55,438 nucleotides of DNA from an uncultured virus (IMG/VR IMGVR_UViG_3300046467_003049) (IMGVR_UViG_3300046467_003049); one strand, 5' to 3'; shown: positions 1 to 9,742, counted from the first letter of the stretch. The notes: generated from the letters alone by a model not told the origin. Numbers and translations are program-made.

Positions 1-337
1 TGTCTAGCATGCCCTGTTTTGTTTCCTGTTTAGTCAAGCTGTAATTTTCATCAGCATCAAGGTTTGTTTCCCATAGGTAATTATAGACGCCTGCTACCTC
101 TTGAGCAGACGGCAATCGCCAACCCTCGTAAATACCACCTTCACCTAATTCAGACTTAACATAAGACAAAGACTTGTTAGCCGTAGCCTCAAGCTTAAGC
201 CACTCAACACCCGTCTCTTCATGCAAAGTCGCCTGTTCATCGCCATCAACCTTCCAGTCCAACGACACAAACCCTGCATTAGCTACACTTGAAATACTAA
301 GCGATACAGCTAAAACCAATAAGCTAATCTTTTTCAT
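1..337 (-). CDS. PEP-CTERM family secreted protein (partial, runs off window start); paralog of 1580..2308
   Basis: Manual translation MKKISLLVLAVSLSISSVANAGFVSLDWKVDGDEQATLHEETGVEWLKL...GWRLPSAQEV closely matches the N-terminus of 1580..2308; C-terminus not in window. Confidence 0.85.
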   Translation of the reverse strand, partial: MKKISLLVLAVSLSISSVANAGFVSLDWKVDGDEQATLHEETGVEWLKLEATANKSLSYVKSELGEGGIYEGWRLPSAQEVAGVYNYLWETNLDADENYSLTKQETKQGMLD

Positions 338-647
338 CACAACATCCAATTGTTTAAATTTTAATCCATTAATAAAAATAGTATCATAATTTATAATTAA
401 TTCATCACAGGCACATTTAATTACATTGTTATTGTGCTAACCATATTCTGAATGGTATTTACAATCGAAGTGTATGTCGCAAAGTTGATGTAAGTGATGG
501 AAAAGAGGGACAGGACTGTGAATAAAAAAGCTTACAGGAAAATAAACTCTTATCGCCTTCACAGCCCTATACTGCTAGTTGTTGGTTGGTCAACTAGCAG
601 CAGTATTCTGCATATGGAAGCGCCAAGGACTCCATACAGCATAACTT

Positions 648-836
648 TTAAATATACGCCTGACAGTTACGGATTATATGACTTCTCGCCATCTCGTTAC
701 TTAGGCGCTCTTCTGGGAACATTTTTTTGAACTTGGTTACCAGTGAAGACTTAACAATAATCGCTCCAGTTGCAGAAGTATCTATTCGCTCAGCAAACCA
801 TTGAATTTGTTCGTCATTTAAATTGCATTGATTCAT
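648..836 (-). CDS. hypothetical protein (62 aa)
   Basis: Start moved to ATG after CACACAAGG leader; own promoter at ~870-901; decayed paralog at 2475..2640. Confidence 0.75.
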   Translation of the reverse strand: MNQCNLNDEQIQWFAERIDTSATGAIIVKSSLVTKFKKMFPEERLSNEMARSHIIRNCQAYI

Positions 837-925
837 TATATTGCCTTGTGTGCTTTGAGTCAGTAAGCACATTATATTATCATTATGATGTTTTATCAAT
901 CATTTGTTTTTTATGGTGGGTTGTA

Positions 926-1543
926 AAAAACAACCCTTGACACAAAATTATAGACGGAAAAAATCGCTTCACGCCCTTCAATCAACATTTAACAAAAACA
1001 ATATCAACCATACCCCGCATGCCAAAGCCAATCACCACTTTCTAGCTCATGCTCACCGTCAGCTGACAAGAACACCACATTAGAGCCGCCATCCCACTTC
1101 ATTAGCATAGATTCACCTTCATACTCATCATCATCACGTTCACCTGATTCAATTTGAGCCGCATACTGCTCTCTGCCTTCTGCGATTAAATCCTCAACTT
1201 CATTAGCACTGCCATATACACAAGGCATACTTATCGTTTCGCCACTGATATCGTATTCAAAGCAACCCATCGCGAACCGACCAGATAGCGTTTGTATAAC
1301 CTCGACATGAAAAAGCTCATTTTCAATAGCCGTTGCCATAGCATCAATTCTTCCTTGATCGCCCGTCTCAAGCGCCTCATTCATCAATATTTTAAAATTA
1401 GGGTTCATATGTGTTTCCATTGCATTTTCAGTAGTCAAATGATATCTTTAACGAATAATTTTGTCAATCATTTATTTTTACACTGTACGATAAAAACAAC
1501 CCTTAACACAGAATTATAGGCGAAAAAAAACCTCTTCATACCC
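926..1543. repeat. ~50-bp imperfect direct repeats (926-977, 1493-1543) flanking the 1004..1438 gene
   Basis: aaaacaacccttgacacaaaattatagacggaaaaaa vs aaaacaacccttaacacagaattataggcgaaaaaaa. Confidence 0.7.
1004..1438 (-). CDS. hypothetical acidic protein
   Basis: 144-aa ORF; start uncertain. Confidence 0.7.
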   Translation of the reverse strand: MTTENAMETHMNPNFKILMNEALETGDQGRIDAMATAIENELFHVEVIQTLSGRFAMGCFEYDISGETISMPCVYGSANEVEDLIAEGREQYAAQIESGERDDDEYEGESMLMKWDGGSNVVFLSADGEHELESGDWLWHAGYG

Positions 1544-1579
1544 GTAGACATCAAGAGGCTTTCGTAACGTAAACAACCG

Positions 1580-2308
1580 CTAAACTTTGCTTTTTTTACT
1601 CATTCTAGCAGCACCAAGACCAAGTAAACCTAAACCTAAAATGGCCATTGAGGTCGGCTCCGGCACCGAAGTCGCACTGCTAACATAAGCCGTACTGTTC
1701 GGATTATTTGCCGTTAACGCCATATTTTCTTGAGTGGTCTTTGTTGCTCCGCCATCCGCAACCAAGAACACTGCGAAAGTGGCATGTTTAGACACTTCCG
1801 AATTGAAAGTGTCATTGTAATTATCTTTTACAAACCGGCCATTCGAACTGTAGTAGCTTGAACCAGAATAACGAGTAGTGCCATCATCAGGATCTACAAA
1901 AAGACCTTTGGTCATATATGTTGCCGGATTACCCGCTTTATAAACCACACCAAACACATCAGAGTACTGCGCGTAAAGCGTAGCAGCATCGCGACTCACT
2001 ATATCTTCTCGCACAAGCTCTGTATCACCAAAGGTAGTTCCCCATATATAGTTATTGACGCCGGCAACTTCAGAAACAGTCGGCAACCTCCAACCTTCGA
2101 AAGTGCCACCCACGCCTAATTGAGCCTTAACGTCCGAAATAGACATGAAACCCGTGTTATTAAGCTTTAGCCACTCAATACCAGTTTCTTCATGTAAACT
2201 TGCCTGACTATCACCATCAGCCTTCCAATCAAGCGACACAAAGCCGGCATTAGCAACACTTGAAATACTCAAAGACACAACCAGTGCCAACAAACTAATC
2301 TTTTTCAT
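1580..2308 (-). CDS. PEP-CTERM sorting domain protein
   Basis: Signal peptide ending ANA; GWRLPTVSEV (DUF1566/Lcl-like motif); C-terminal VPEPTSMAILGLGLLGLGAARMSKK. Confidence 0.9.
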   Translation of the reverse strand: MKKISLLALVVSLSISSVANAGFVSLDWKADGDSQASLHEETGIEWLKLNNTGFMSISDVKAQLGVGGTFEGWRLPTVSEVAGVNNYIWGTTFGDTELVREDIVSRDAATLYAQYSDVFGVVYKAGNPATYMTKGLFVDPDDGTTRYSGSSYYSSNGRFVKDNYNDTFNSEVSKHATFAVFLVADGGATKTTQENMALTANNPNSTAYVSSATSVPEPTSMAILGLGLLGLGAARMSKKSKV

Positions 2309-2474
2309 CACAACATCCCTTTTGAACTGCATTTGTTCAAGATGCTATCACAATTGATGATTTATCCATCAACAACGAGAATTAAAAGAAAAAATAAAAA
2401 GGGTGTTTTGGTTTATACAGGGGAGGAGCGGTTTTACAGGGTAGTTGCACACCACGGCGCAACTACCCGTGGTT

Positions 2475-2640
2475 TTATATATGCTTGACAGTTACGGATT
2501 ATATGGGTTTTAGCAGATTGATTGCTCAGATTTGCTTCTGGGAAAAGTTTTTGGAATTTAACAACTAATGACGACTTAACCATAATTCTGCCAGATGATA
2601 AAGTATCTATTCTTTCAGCGAACCATTCTATTTGTTCATC
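2475..2640 (-). pseudogene. start-less copy of the 648..836 gene
   Basis: Frame DEQIEWFAERIDTLSSGRIMVKSSLVVKFQKLFPE...HIIRNCQAYI* is intact, but the first codons including ATG are deleted and an in-frame TAA lies just upstream. Confidence 0.75.
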
Positions 2641-2711
2641 ATTTTAATTACCTTGTATGTGTGTTCAGCTAGGTTATTGTATTATCATTATTACAATAGA
2701 AGGAATGCGAC

Positions 2712-2953
2712 ACAAAAAAATAGGGCGATTCAGCCACACACAGCCAAATCGCCCGTAAAGGGGTGGGTGATAAAACCACACACAGCTCTATCACCCTAAA
2801 GAGGGAGTGTTTCAACCACACACAATCAAAACACTCTTAAAGATTAGGCGTTCAAGCCACACACAGCTTGAACACCCGTAAATTGGGATGGCAAGAACAC
2901 TCGGCCTCACCATCATAAGTAAGCATGGGCTACTAAAAATTCATAGCAACCCC
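2712..2953 (-). ncRNA. candidate sRNA / 3' UTR RNA with four hairpins presenting identical UGUGUGUG loops
   Basis: Hairpins ~2723-2754, 2765-2796, 2805-2836, 2847-2876; stems close with G-U wobbles only on the minus strand; last hairpin followed by a U-tract; two further hairpins at 2887-2953. Confidence 0.75.
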
Positions 2954-2965
2954 TATATAACAATA

Positions 2966-3598
2966 CTATTCGAACAAGACGTAACCCGTGCCTTCATCAT
3001 TCTTTTCCATGATGGCAGATGTCCCGCCACCCAACTCAGAAGATTCTGTTTTCTTGTTGATGAGGCCAGATCGCTCTCTGGCTTCTTCCAAATCATCAGT
3101 CTCTAACACGTACTCGCCGTTCTGATCAGTAACCGCATAATCAAAAACCTTTGTTGGGTTTATCTGTTCCCAGTCATCATGATCATAATGGTAAATCAAC
3201 ACAATGCACTCTTCAATCTCTTCAAGGCCAACTCTAAGGATTTTAGCTATATCCTCCAACTCATCCTGAGGAATACCTCGGGTATCTAAAAATGCCTCAT
3301 CTCTTGCATCACTTCGCATAGACACATCGTAAGTGTTCGCGATGTCATAAAATGCGGTCTTTGTAACATCTACACTAACCATGTCAGAAACTTTGCTTCG
3401 ACCGGCTTCTGGGATATCACCTTCTACTAAAATAGCTTGGATCTTTAACGCCTGGGCAACAGACACCGATAAATTTTTAGACTTCTGACCGCTGGCAGAC
3501 AAAACAACTCCACCTTTATATCCGTCCTTTGCAAGCTCAGTCATCGCATCAATAATTTTTTGCGTCTGTGATTGCATATAGTTTTTATCGTCTGACAT
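2966..3598 (-). CDS. hypothetical protein (210 aa) directly upstream of the hairpin RNA
   Basis: ORF track, start trimmed to MSDDK after a CACACA leader; TCATWATGA promoter ~3630-3665. Confidence 0.75.
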   Translation of the reverse strand: MSDDKNYMQSQTQKIIDAMTELAKDGYKGGVVLSASGQKSKNLSVSVAQALKIQAILVEGDIPEAGRSKVSDMVSVDVTKTAFYDIANTYDVSMRSDARDEAFLDTRGIPQDELEDIAKILRVGLEEIEECIVLIYHYDHDDWEQINPTKVFDYAVTDQNGEYVLETDDLEEARERSGLINKKTESSELGGGTSAIMEKNDEGTGYVLFE

Positions 3599-3789
3599 CT
3601 CGTTACCATGTGTGTTTTGATTCAATAAAGCCATTCTACATTCATTATGATAAGTTGTCAATCATTTATGTATTGTTTTTTTATGTTTTCTTGAAAGCTA
3701 TATAAAACAAGCACACGCACATAATTAACTTGTAATAACGAACTACAATACTTATAATATAGTGTATTTAAAAACAATTAGGGGCACAC

Positions 3790-4257
3790 ATGAAAGATAA
3801 GTTTAAAACAGGTGACCAGGTACTTAATGTTAGTCATCTTAACTACATCGGTGATTACCATATGTGGCCAAAAGTAAGCACTAAGCTATTTAATACCGTT
3901 GCCGGCGTTGGAGAGTGCCGACCATGGAGCGAAATCGTATCTTGTTTCAGCATCTCTTTCTCAGACGTAAAAAAAGCGGCTGAAACACCTATGCACAGAA
4001 ACAAAATCTTTCATCAAGACACCGGCTTTGATATGGATAGACAGCGTGAACGCTACTTGCACACCAAAAATGACCGAGACGAAATAATCAAAGTGCTTGA
4101 CAAAAAAGTTAAAGACTCCATCAACAAGGAAAGCCTAATACTAGATCAAAAAATCAGGGCGGTAGAGCAAGAACTCGCTGCTCTAAGGGGCAAAAAGGAC
4201 AAACATGTCGTATTTTGCAATAGCTGTAGAAGCGAAGTCATCAACAGTTTGTCCTAA
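3790..4257 (+). CDS. hypothetical protein, C-terminal coiled coil
   Basis: 155-aa ORF with AGGGG SD, TATAAT upstream and downstream terminator. Confidence 0.75.
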   Translation: MKDKFKTGDQVLNVSHLNYIGDYHMWPKVSTKLFNTVAGVGECRPWSEIVSCFSISFSDVKKAAETPMHRNKIFHQDTGFDMDRQRERYLHTKNDRDEIIKVLDKKVKDSINKESLILDQKIRAVEQELAALRGKKDKHVVFCNSCRSEVINSLS

Positions 4258-4320
4258 GCTAACTTTACATAGGCAACAAAAAAGGGCTTTTAAAGCCCTT
4301 TGTAAACGTTCATTTTGCGA

Positions 4321-4737
4321 TCAGCTTGCTTTCTTTAGTTGAGGGGTAACCTCTGATGAAGGCAAACGAAAAATACCTCTTTCATTGCGCCCCTTAAATC
4401 TGTTTTTTGGTGCTTTCAAGTTAAACCCTATCAACTCAAACTTTTCACCATAAACAGTCAATTCCATACCAAAATCTTCGGCAGTCAAGCCAAACATAAA
4501 TGCGTTAGACTCAAATTCATCGCGAACTCGCTTTTCCTTAACCTCTTCAGGACTTAAACCATCAACATCGCCAATTATCGTCATTTTAAGCTTGAAATCA
4601 GCCTCAATAGTGTCGTATCTTGCATTACCTACACTAAAAGCAATTCCTAGCCGCTGACCAAGCTCTGCTAATCCAGTTTCAATTTCGGTACGAAGGTTCT
4701 TAAGTTCTACGGGGGTAAACTCTGTTAATTTAGGCAT
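4321..4737 (-). CDS. hypothetical protein
   Basis: 138-aa ORF with own promoter and CCACACAGAGGA leader. Confidence 0.8.
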   Translation of the reverse strand: MPKLTEFTPVELKNLRTEIETGLAELGQRLGIAFSVGNARYDTIEADFKLKMTIIGDVDGLSPEEVKEKRVRDEFESNAFMFGLTAEDFGMELTVYGEKFELIGFNLKAPKNRFKGRNERGIFRLPSSEVTPQLKKAS

Positions 4738-4851
4738 GATGTTCCTCTGTGTGGCTTGTTTCTCAGTAAAACCATTTTATCATTTTGAGTATAACTGTCA
4801 ATCTTTTATCTGAAATAAGATAAACAAGAGAGTGGAAACCCTCTCTTGTTG

Positions 4852-4980
4852 TCAATCAAATCGATAAAAGCACTCTAAACTTACCAAATTAAGATTCGTA
4901 ATTCTAACTCTTGTTTTGGCATCTAAAGTAATAATTTCTCTAATACCATTCCTATCCACTATTTCAATCTCAACATACAG
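4852..4980 (-). CDS. possible 42-aa ORF with CTG start (or decayed gene)
   Basis: AAGGAAACCA-CTG then open frame YVEIEIVDRNGIREIITLDAK... Confidence 0.3.
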   Translation of the reverse strand: MYVEIEIVDRNGIREIITLDAKTRVRITNLNLVSLECFYRFD

Positions 4981-5004
4981 TGGTTTCCTTTGTGGTTTAT
5001 TGCT

Positions 5005-5226
5005 TTATTTAATTAAACTTGTAGCAAGAGATACAGGGCAGTCTTTATCATGCTTAACTTGTTGCTTGAGGTAGTTTAAATTGCGATTAGAAGTAATCTC
5101 TTTTTCGCTAGCTCGACACCATAAACACTGCACTTCAGATGTGCTCTCGCTAGTTGGTTGGGGAATGAATTCATAACCAACCTCATGAAGTGCGCTCGAC
5201 AATCGCTGTTCGTTGCTTTGTGTCAT
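5005..5226 (-). CDS. hypothetical protein, CxxC...HxxxC possible Zn-binding
   Basis: ATG after AAGGA; GTCGGA-type operator promoter upstream. Confidence 0.7.
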   Translation of the reverse strand: MTQSNEQRLSSALHEVGYEFIPQPTSESTSEVQCLWCRASEKEITSNRNLNYLKQQVKHDKDCPVSLATSLIK

Positions 5227-5328
5227 GACTTCCTTTACGGGCAATTAATTAACTTATGCACTCATTATACTGGGACATCCGACCGCATGCAAGTGCTTTG
5301 TTTCCCACACTAAATTAAGCCAAAGTGG

Positions 5329-5448
5329 CCGTGACTTCCTTTAGAAGTCATGGTAAAATCTAGTCGCTTCTTTGTTGATTTTTTCTTTACTCATTTATTT
5401 TATCAATGTTGTCGAGAATACTCGGTGCTTTAGTGCCGAGCAGTTCAC
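5329..5448 (+). mobile_element. possible miniature non-autonomous IS200/IS605 remnant
   Basis: Two CTTTAG-centred hairpins; GAATACTCGGTGCTTTAGTGCCGAGCAGTTCAC resembles the right end of the TnpB element. Confidence 0.4.
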
Positions 5449-5473
5449 TTAAGGTGTTTTTAAAACGGGGAGG

Positions 5474-5845
5474 CTACCCATGAAAACGAGCGAAACGTTC
5501 GATAATATCATCATCAAGTAATCGCTCAGGCTCAACCCACTGATTTACACCACCCGTAGTGTCTTTTCGACCGTTACATGTGCGATACATCTGCTTTATG
5601 CTGCCGCAAGTCCCCTCAGACAACGAGAGTGAGAACTTATCTGTTTTTAACTTAACATCACCAGAACAAGCGACACCTGATTTATTTACAGTTATGTCGT
5701 AATCGCTTTTAGCAAGCCCTAGGCGGCTAACGATCTCCTTAAGCACTTTTTTTGCTTCTTTGTGGAACGCTTTTTTATTTGGCTCGTTGTACCCAAGTTC
5801 ACTATTAAGGAGTTGAGTTAGCTTGTCTGTAGTTACTGTAGACAT
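5474..5845 (-). CDS. hypothetical protein
   Basis: 123-aa ORF, own promoter, AGGA SD. Confidence 0.8.
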   Translation of the reverse strand: MSTVTTDKLTQLLNSELGYNEPNKKAFHKEAKKVLKEIVSRLGLAKSDYDITVNKSGVACSGDVKLKTDKFSLSLSEGTCGSIKQMYRTCNGRKDTTGGVNQWVEPERLLDDDIIERFARFHG

Positions 5846-5937
5846 AATGATGTTTCCTGTGGTTTTGGTTTGTTTTCAATAGATACAATGTTATCACAAT
5901 ACCTATGCTTGTCAATCATTTATTTTGTATTTTGGCG

Positions 5938-6234
5938 TTAATAACCGATATTCGCAATAGTCGCCAATCTATCAAAAGCTCTCTCAGGGGACATCTCTTT
6001 TGCTATGGTAGGTTTCATACCTTCATGCTTTTTAGCATTCACCGTACCTGTTGTGGCATACAACGAAACTTCTCTCACTTTGCCTTGGACAACAAAATGT
6101 CGGTTTTTAGAGTTGGCAAGTCTAAAATTCAATCCGCGCTCGGATAAACTCGCCTTTATACTTTCGATTGACAGGCTCGCCCATTCAAGACGAAGTTCAC
6201 GTGATATCAGTAACGGTTTCTTTAGTGTAGGCAC
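5938..6234 (-). CDS. hypothetical basic protein
   Basis: 98-aa ORF, GTG start with AAGGGA SD, own promoter. Confidence 0.7.
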   Translation of the reverse strand: MPTLKKPLLISRELRLEWASLSIESIKASLSERGLNFRLANSKNRHFVVQGKVREVSLYATTGTVNAKKHEGMKPTIAKEMSPERAFDRLATIANIGY

Positions 6235-6446
6235 GACTCTAATCCCTTTGTGAAAGTTTATATATCATTTGTTGTTTTTAACTATATAAATAATATCACA
6301 TAACACCACTTTGTCAATCATTTATTTTGGACATATCCCTTATTAAAGCTTTCTCATAACGAGAAAACCCAACAATTTCAATCAGGGCAGATTTATCTAG
6401 ATTTTGACGACAAAAATACAACAAAATATTAACCTTAATGCTGTCG

Positions 6447-7993
6447 GTGAACTACTACGGCCATAAATGACCGAGCTTCAAAATCAAGCAGCTTTAGCCG
6501 CTTGATTTATCTTTTTTGACGTTTCATTAGTAGCTGCCTGTTCGCTATGCTTGCAGGTCTTACGTTTACTTCCGCGCCCATTACCTAAACGAAGCACACC
6601 CCGTTTAGACAACTCCGTTCCAGAGTCTAGTATTAAATTAATTGCTCTTTTTACTATGACACGAGCGGCGTTTCTATCCGCATTATCAGCATGTTCACAA
6701 CTAATGCAAACGAACTCACTTTGAGAGCGTCTATTGGCTGAGTGAGTGTGACCGCAATTAGCGCACTCCTGACTTGTGTATGCTGCATTGACTTTAAATA
6801 CACCCTTTGCTTCACGTTTAGCTTTGTACTTAATGTATGATTCCAGTAGGTGCCAACCATTAGCTAAAATGGCTTTATTTAATCCTGATTTTTGTGCGGC
6901 GTTATTAGATATAAATTTACCGTTTTGATTTTGCTTAGCTTTTGCTTTCTTTGTCATGCTAGCGGTTTTTAGATCCTCAAATACAAATACCTGAAAACCA
7001 GAGTTAACAAGCTCGTGACTCGTTTTGTGGCAAAAATCTTTTCTTATACTGGCACACTTTGCATGATGTTTTGCAATGCCGTTTTTAGTTTTATTTCTAC
7101 GTTTCGAGCCTTTGGTTTGCTTTGATAACCTGCGCTGTAATCGCTTAATGTATCGTTGTGATTTAGTGGTTGATTGTTTTTGCTCTTTAGTGAAGTCAAA
7201 CGCCTTATAACCTGCATGAACAGGGACGGCCACACCACGATCTAGACCAACTGTCTTAGTCGTTAATGACTCTTTTGCTTCACCTTGAAGGTATTTTAAG
7301 TGCGCTTTATCATCGAGTAATTGTCTTTCATCAAAGCCGTCATCGTAGCAAAACGAAACGCTATATAGACCGCGCTCTTTCTTGATGTAGATTGATTTTG
7401 GCTCACTGAAATGTCGATGAGATTTAAACGACAAATAACCAATATTGTTCGTTTTAGTGCCTATAAACAGCCGTGTTACACCATCGCTACAGCACTCAAA
7501 ATTAAAGACCTCACTGGTTAGATGAATAGAGCCACGGTCTGATTTAGGTTTGAATTTTGGCTTACCACACTCGCCTTTCATGAATTTTTGATAGGTCTGA
7601 TACCAGTTTACTGCGCTATTTCTAATGATTTGACTAGGGCAGTCGTACAACCAAGGGCTTAGCTCTTTTGACTTAAATTGTGCTGCTTTTTGATCTACGG
7701 GTGCATAAGTGCCGATAGGACAGTATTTACGGGCAAAGGCAGTGTGATATTTTTCTTCACCACACTTGGCATTCCAAATGAATTTGGCGCAACCCATCCA
7801 CTGAGAAAGGCTTTCTTTTTGTTTATCGGTTGGTGTAGCTTTTAACTTAATACCTAATAACATGTTAGCCCTCCTTATTTGAATGGTTGATGTGCCTGTT
7901 TAACAATACTATCATCCTGCGCTGTATTTTTTTGTAGTGTGATTTTATTTGCTAACTCGCCCGTAAACTAACGAGATTGCGCTCACTGTTTTG
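6447..7993 (-). mobile_element. IS200/IS605-family element carrying only tnpB (IS1341-like)
   Basis: Right end GAAGCTCGGTCATTTATGGCCGTAGTAGTTCAC ending 6447; putative left end TTGAA|CAAAAC followed by a subterminal hairpin; no intact tnpA. Confidence 0.7.
6484..7863 (-). CDS. tnpB: RNA-guided endonuclease TnpB
   Basis: N-terminal HTH-like region, RuvC motifs GLDRG / FEDL / NADRNAA, YTSQEC and CANC...CISC zinc ribbon. Confidence 0.95.
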   Translation of the reverse strand: MLLGIKLKATPTDKQKESLSQWMGCAKFIWNAKCGEEKYHTAFARKYCPIGTYAPVDQKAAQFKSKELSPWLYDCPSQIIRNSAVNWYQTYQKFMKGECGKPKFKPKSDRGSIHLTSEVFNFECCSDGVTRLFIGTKTNNIGYLSFKSHRHFSEPKSIYIKKERGLYSVSFCYDDGFDERQLLDDKAHLKYLQGEAKESLTTKTVGLDRGVAVPVHAGYKAFDFTKEQKQSTTKSQRYIKRLQRRLSKQTKGSKRRNKTKNGIAKHHAKCASIRKDFCHKTSHELVNSGFQVFVFEDLKTASMTKKAKAKQNQNGKFISNNAAQKSGLNKAILANGWHLLESYIKYKAKREAKGVFKVNAAYTSQECANCGHTHSANRRSQSEFVCISCEHADNADRNAARVIVKRAINLILDSGTELSKRGVLRLGNGRGSKRKTCKHSEQAATNETSKKINQAAKAA

Positions 7994-8000
7994 TTCAACA

Positions 8001-8258
8001 CTAAAAATCTAAAACAAAGAATATGCAGAATGCTCCTGCAATTAAAACAAAAAACAAAATCGGTGAACCATTATCACCAAAAACATCAAGCAACATCACC
8101 AAAGACACGCCAAACCAAGGTCTCATAAACAAAACAATGAATGACAAAGTCGCAAGCAACAGCGTTCTAATCACTAATATTCGCCTTAACCTATTCCTTA
8201 TCGACACATTATTTAAAATAATGTCCAAAGTTCCCTCTTTCACCCTACCCGACTCCAC
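8001..8258 (-). CDS. small membrane protein
   Basis: Hydrophobic segments; start uncertain. Confidence 0.45.
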   Translation of the reverse strand: MESGRVKEGTLDIILNNVSIRNRLRRILVIRTLLLATLSFIVLFMRPWFGVSLVMLLDVFGDNGSPILFFVLIAGAFCIFFVLDF

Positions 8259-8513
8259 GTCTAAGATAGTTTATTCAAATCACGCCCTACAACAGGGTAT
8301 CTCCAAACATACGTTTGGCGGAATAAGCATCACACAAGATCCGAAAAGCACTATGATCAACTCATGCTTTCTTTACAACCTTGCGCTATGCAACAGTTAG
8401 CCACCTCCGTCGAAGTCGCTCATACTAACCGTTCACAGTTTCCCACGCGATTTGAATAAACCATCAAACAGCCCCTGCTCTTTAACAAGGGCTAACTCAT
8501 TACTTAATAAGGA

Positions 8514-8981
8514 TTATACACAAGCTCTTGTGCCTTGGGTATATAAACAAACAGGTATATTCAGTGCTTTTTGACGCGTATACTTTGCAAGTCTCACAAA
8601 ATCTGTCGCAACACGACCACTTTGTGGATCTATAAACGATACAGACGCAATATAACCGTTAGATTTACACTCTAATTTACTACCAGAACGTTTATCTCCT
8701 TTGGTCACACTGACACCAACAACCGCACCTAGCAGTGTCATAGCCACACGACCTTTTCCCTTACCAAACTGATTACCAAGCAAACCACCCACAGCAGCAC
8801 CCGCAATTGGATTGCCACGACCATTGTTGTCAGTAGTACAAATTTTAGGGGCACGATCAATGCTATTAATCGAAGCATCTACATACATTTTTGGTACGCG
8901 AGGTGTACTTGAACAACCTGACACCATTAATGTTGCCAATGCCGCAGAGATCATTAAACGCTTTTTAAATGAAAATTTCAT
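8514..8981 (-). CDS. glycine-zipper 2TM outer-membrane lipoprotein
   Basis: Lipobox VSGC; GAAVGGLLGNQFGKGKGRVAMTLLGAVVG; CACACACAGGAG leader. Confidence 0.85.
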   Translation of the reverse strand: MKFSFKKRLMISAALATLMVSGCSSTPRVPKMYVDASINSIDRAPKICTTDNNGRGNPIAGAAVGGLLGNQFGKGKGRVAMTLLGAVVGVSVTKGDKRSGSKLECKSNGYIASVSFIDPQSGRVATDFVRLAKYTRQKALNIPVCLYTQGTRACV

Positions 8982-9034
8982 AATATCGCTCCTGTGTGTG
9001 ATTGAGTTCATTATCCATCATTATGATAATTTTG

Positions 9035-9742
9035 TCAATCATTTATTTTCACAAGTAAGTGTGAAAGATAAAACTTCTGCAAATCAATTGCACTTTCAAG
9101 AGCCTTAAACACACTTGCTAAATTCTTATACTTGTACAATTCATCGATATCATATTCTTGATCGTGAATATTGACGGCATAAAAATTACGGTCAGCAAGG
9201 GGATTGCTGCGATCTAACTCTATAAGCTCATAGCAATGCTGCATCGCGTCGGAAAAGAACGTGTAACCATCTAAATCCGCATCACACACCCGTTTATCAA
9301 AGCTCTCTTTGGTGTTGTAAAACTTAACCCTAAAGCTAGAACTTTGATTTAATATCACCTTCATACCTTCCAACAAATACGGAGTTAAGCGATCTTCTGA
9401 AACTTCGTACTCTCTAAGCACAAAGTCTAAAACCTCACCATCCGTAAAGTCAGATGACTGGCGGTTTCCTAAAACAAATTCACTAACACTGTCATCTTGG
9501 GAAAATTTAAACAATATTTCATCTTCATCATCACAATCAAACACACCTAACACAACATAAGGCGGATCTTCTAGCAAAGCTGCATTTAATTGGTGGTGAT
9601 TATCAAAACCCAGAACAAAAGCTGCTCCGAACTCCATTAACCCGTTAGATTGTTTCTTGATGTTGTATTTTTCTTCTATGAAGCTCGCTAAACGCTCTTG
9701 TGCAAGCTTAAATTGTTTTTCTGTTACGTTGATATGATTCAT
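9035..9742 (-). CDS. hypothetical protein
   Basis: 235-aa ORF. Confidence 0.7.
   Translation of the reverse strand: MNHINVTEKQFKLAQERLASFIEEKYNIKKQSNGLMEFGAAFVLGFDNHHQLNAALLEDPPYVVLGVFDCDDEDEILFKFSQDDSVSEFVLGNRQSSDFTDGEVLDFVLREYEVSEDRLTPYLLEGMKVILNQSSSFRVKFYNTKESFDKRVCDADLDGYTFFSDAMQHCYELIELDRSNPLADRNFYAVNIHDQEYDIDELYKYKNLASVFKALESAIDLQKFYLSHLLVKIND

Noticed and set aside
2723..2876. CRISPR array (four repeated units at ~41-bp period)
   Set aside because: The conserved part is the 8-9-nt loop while the stems vary; no constant repeat with unique spacers and no cas genes
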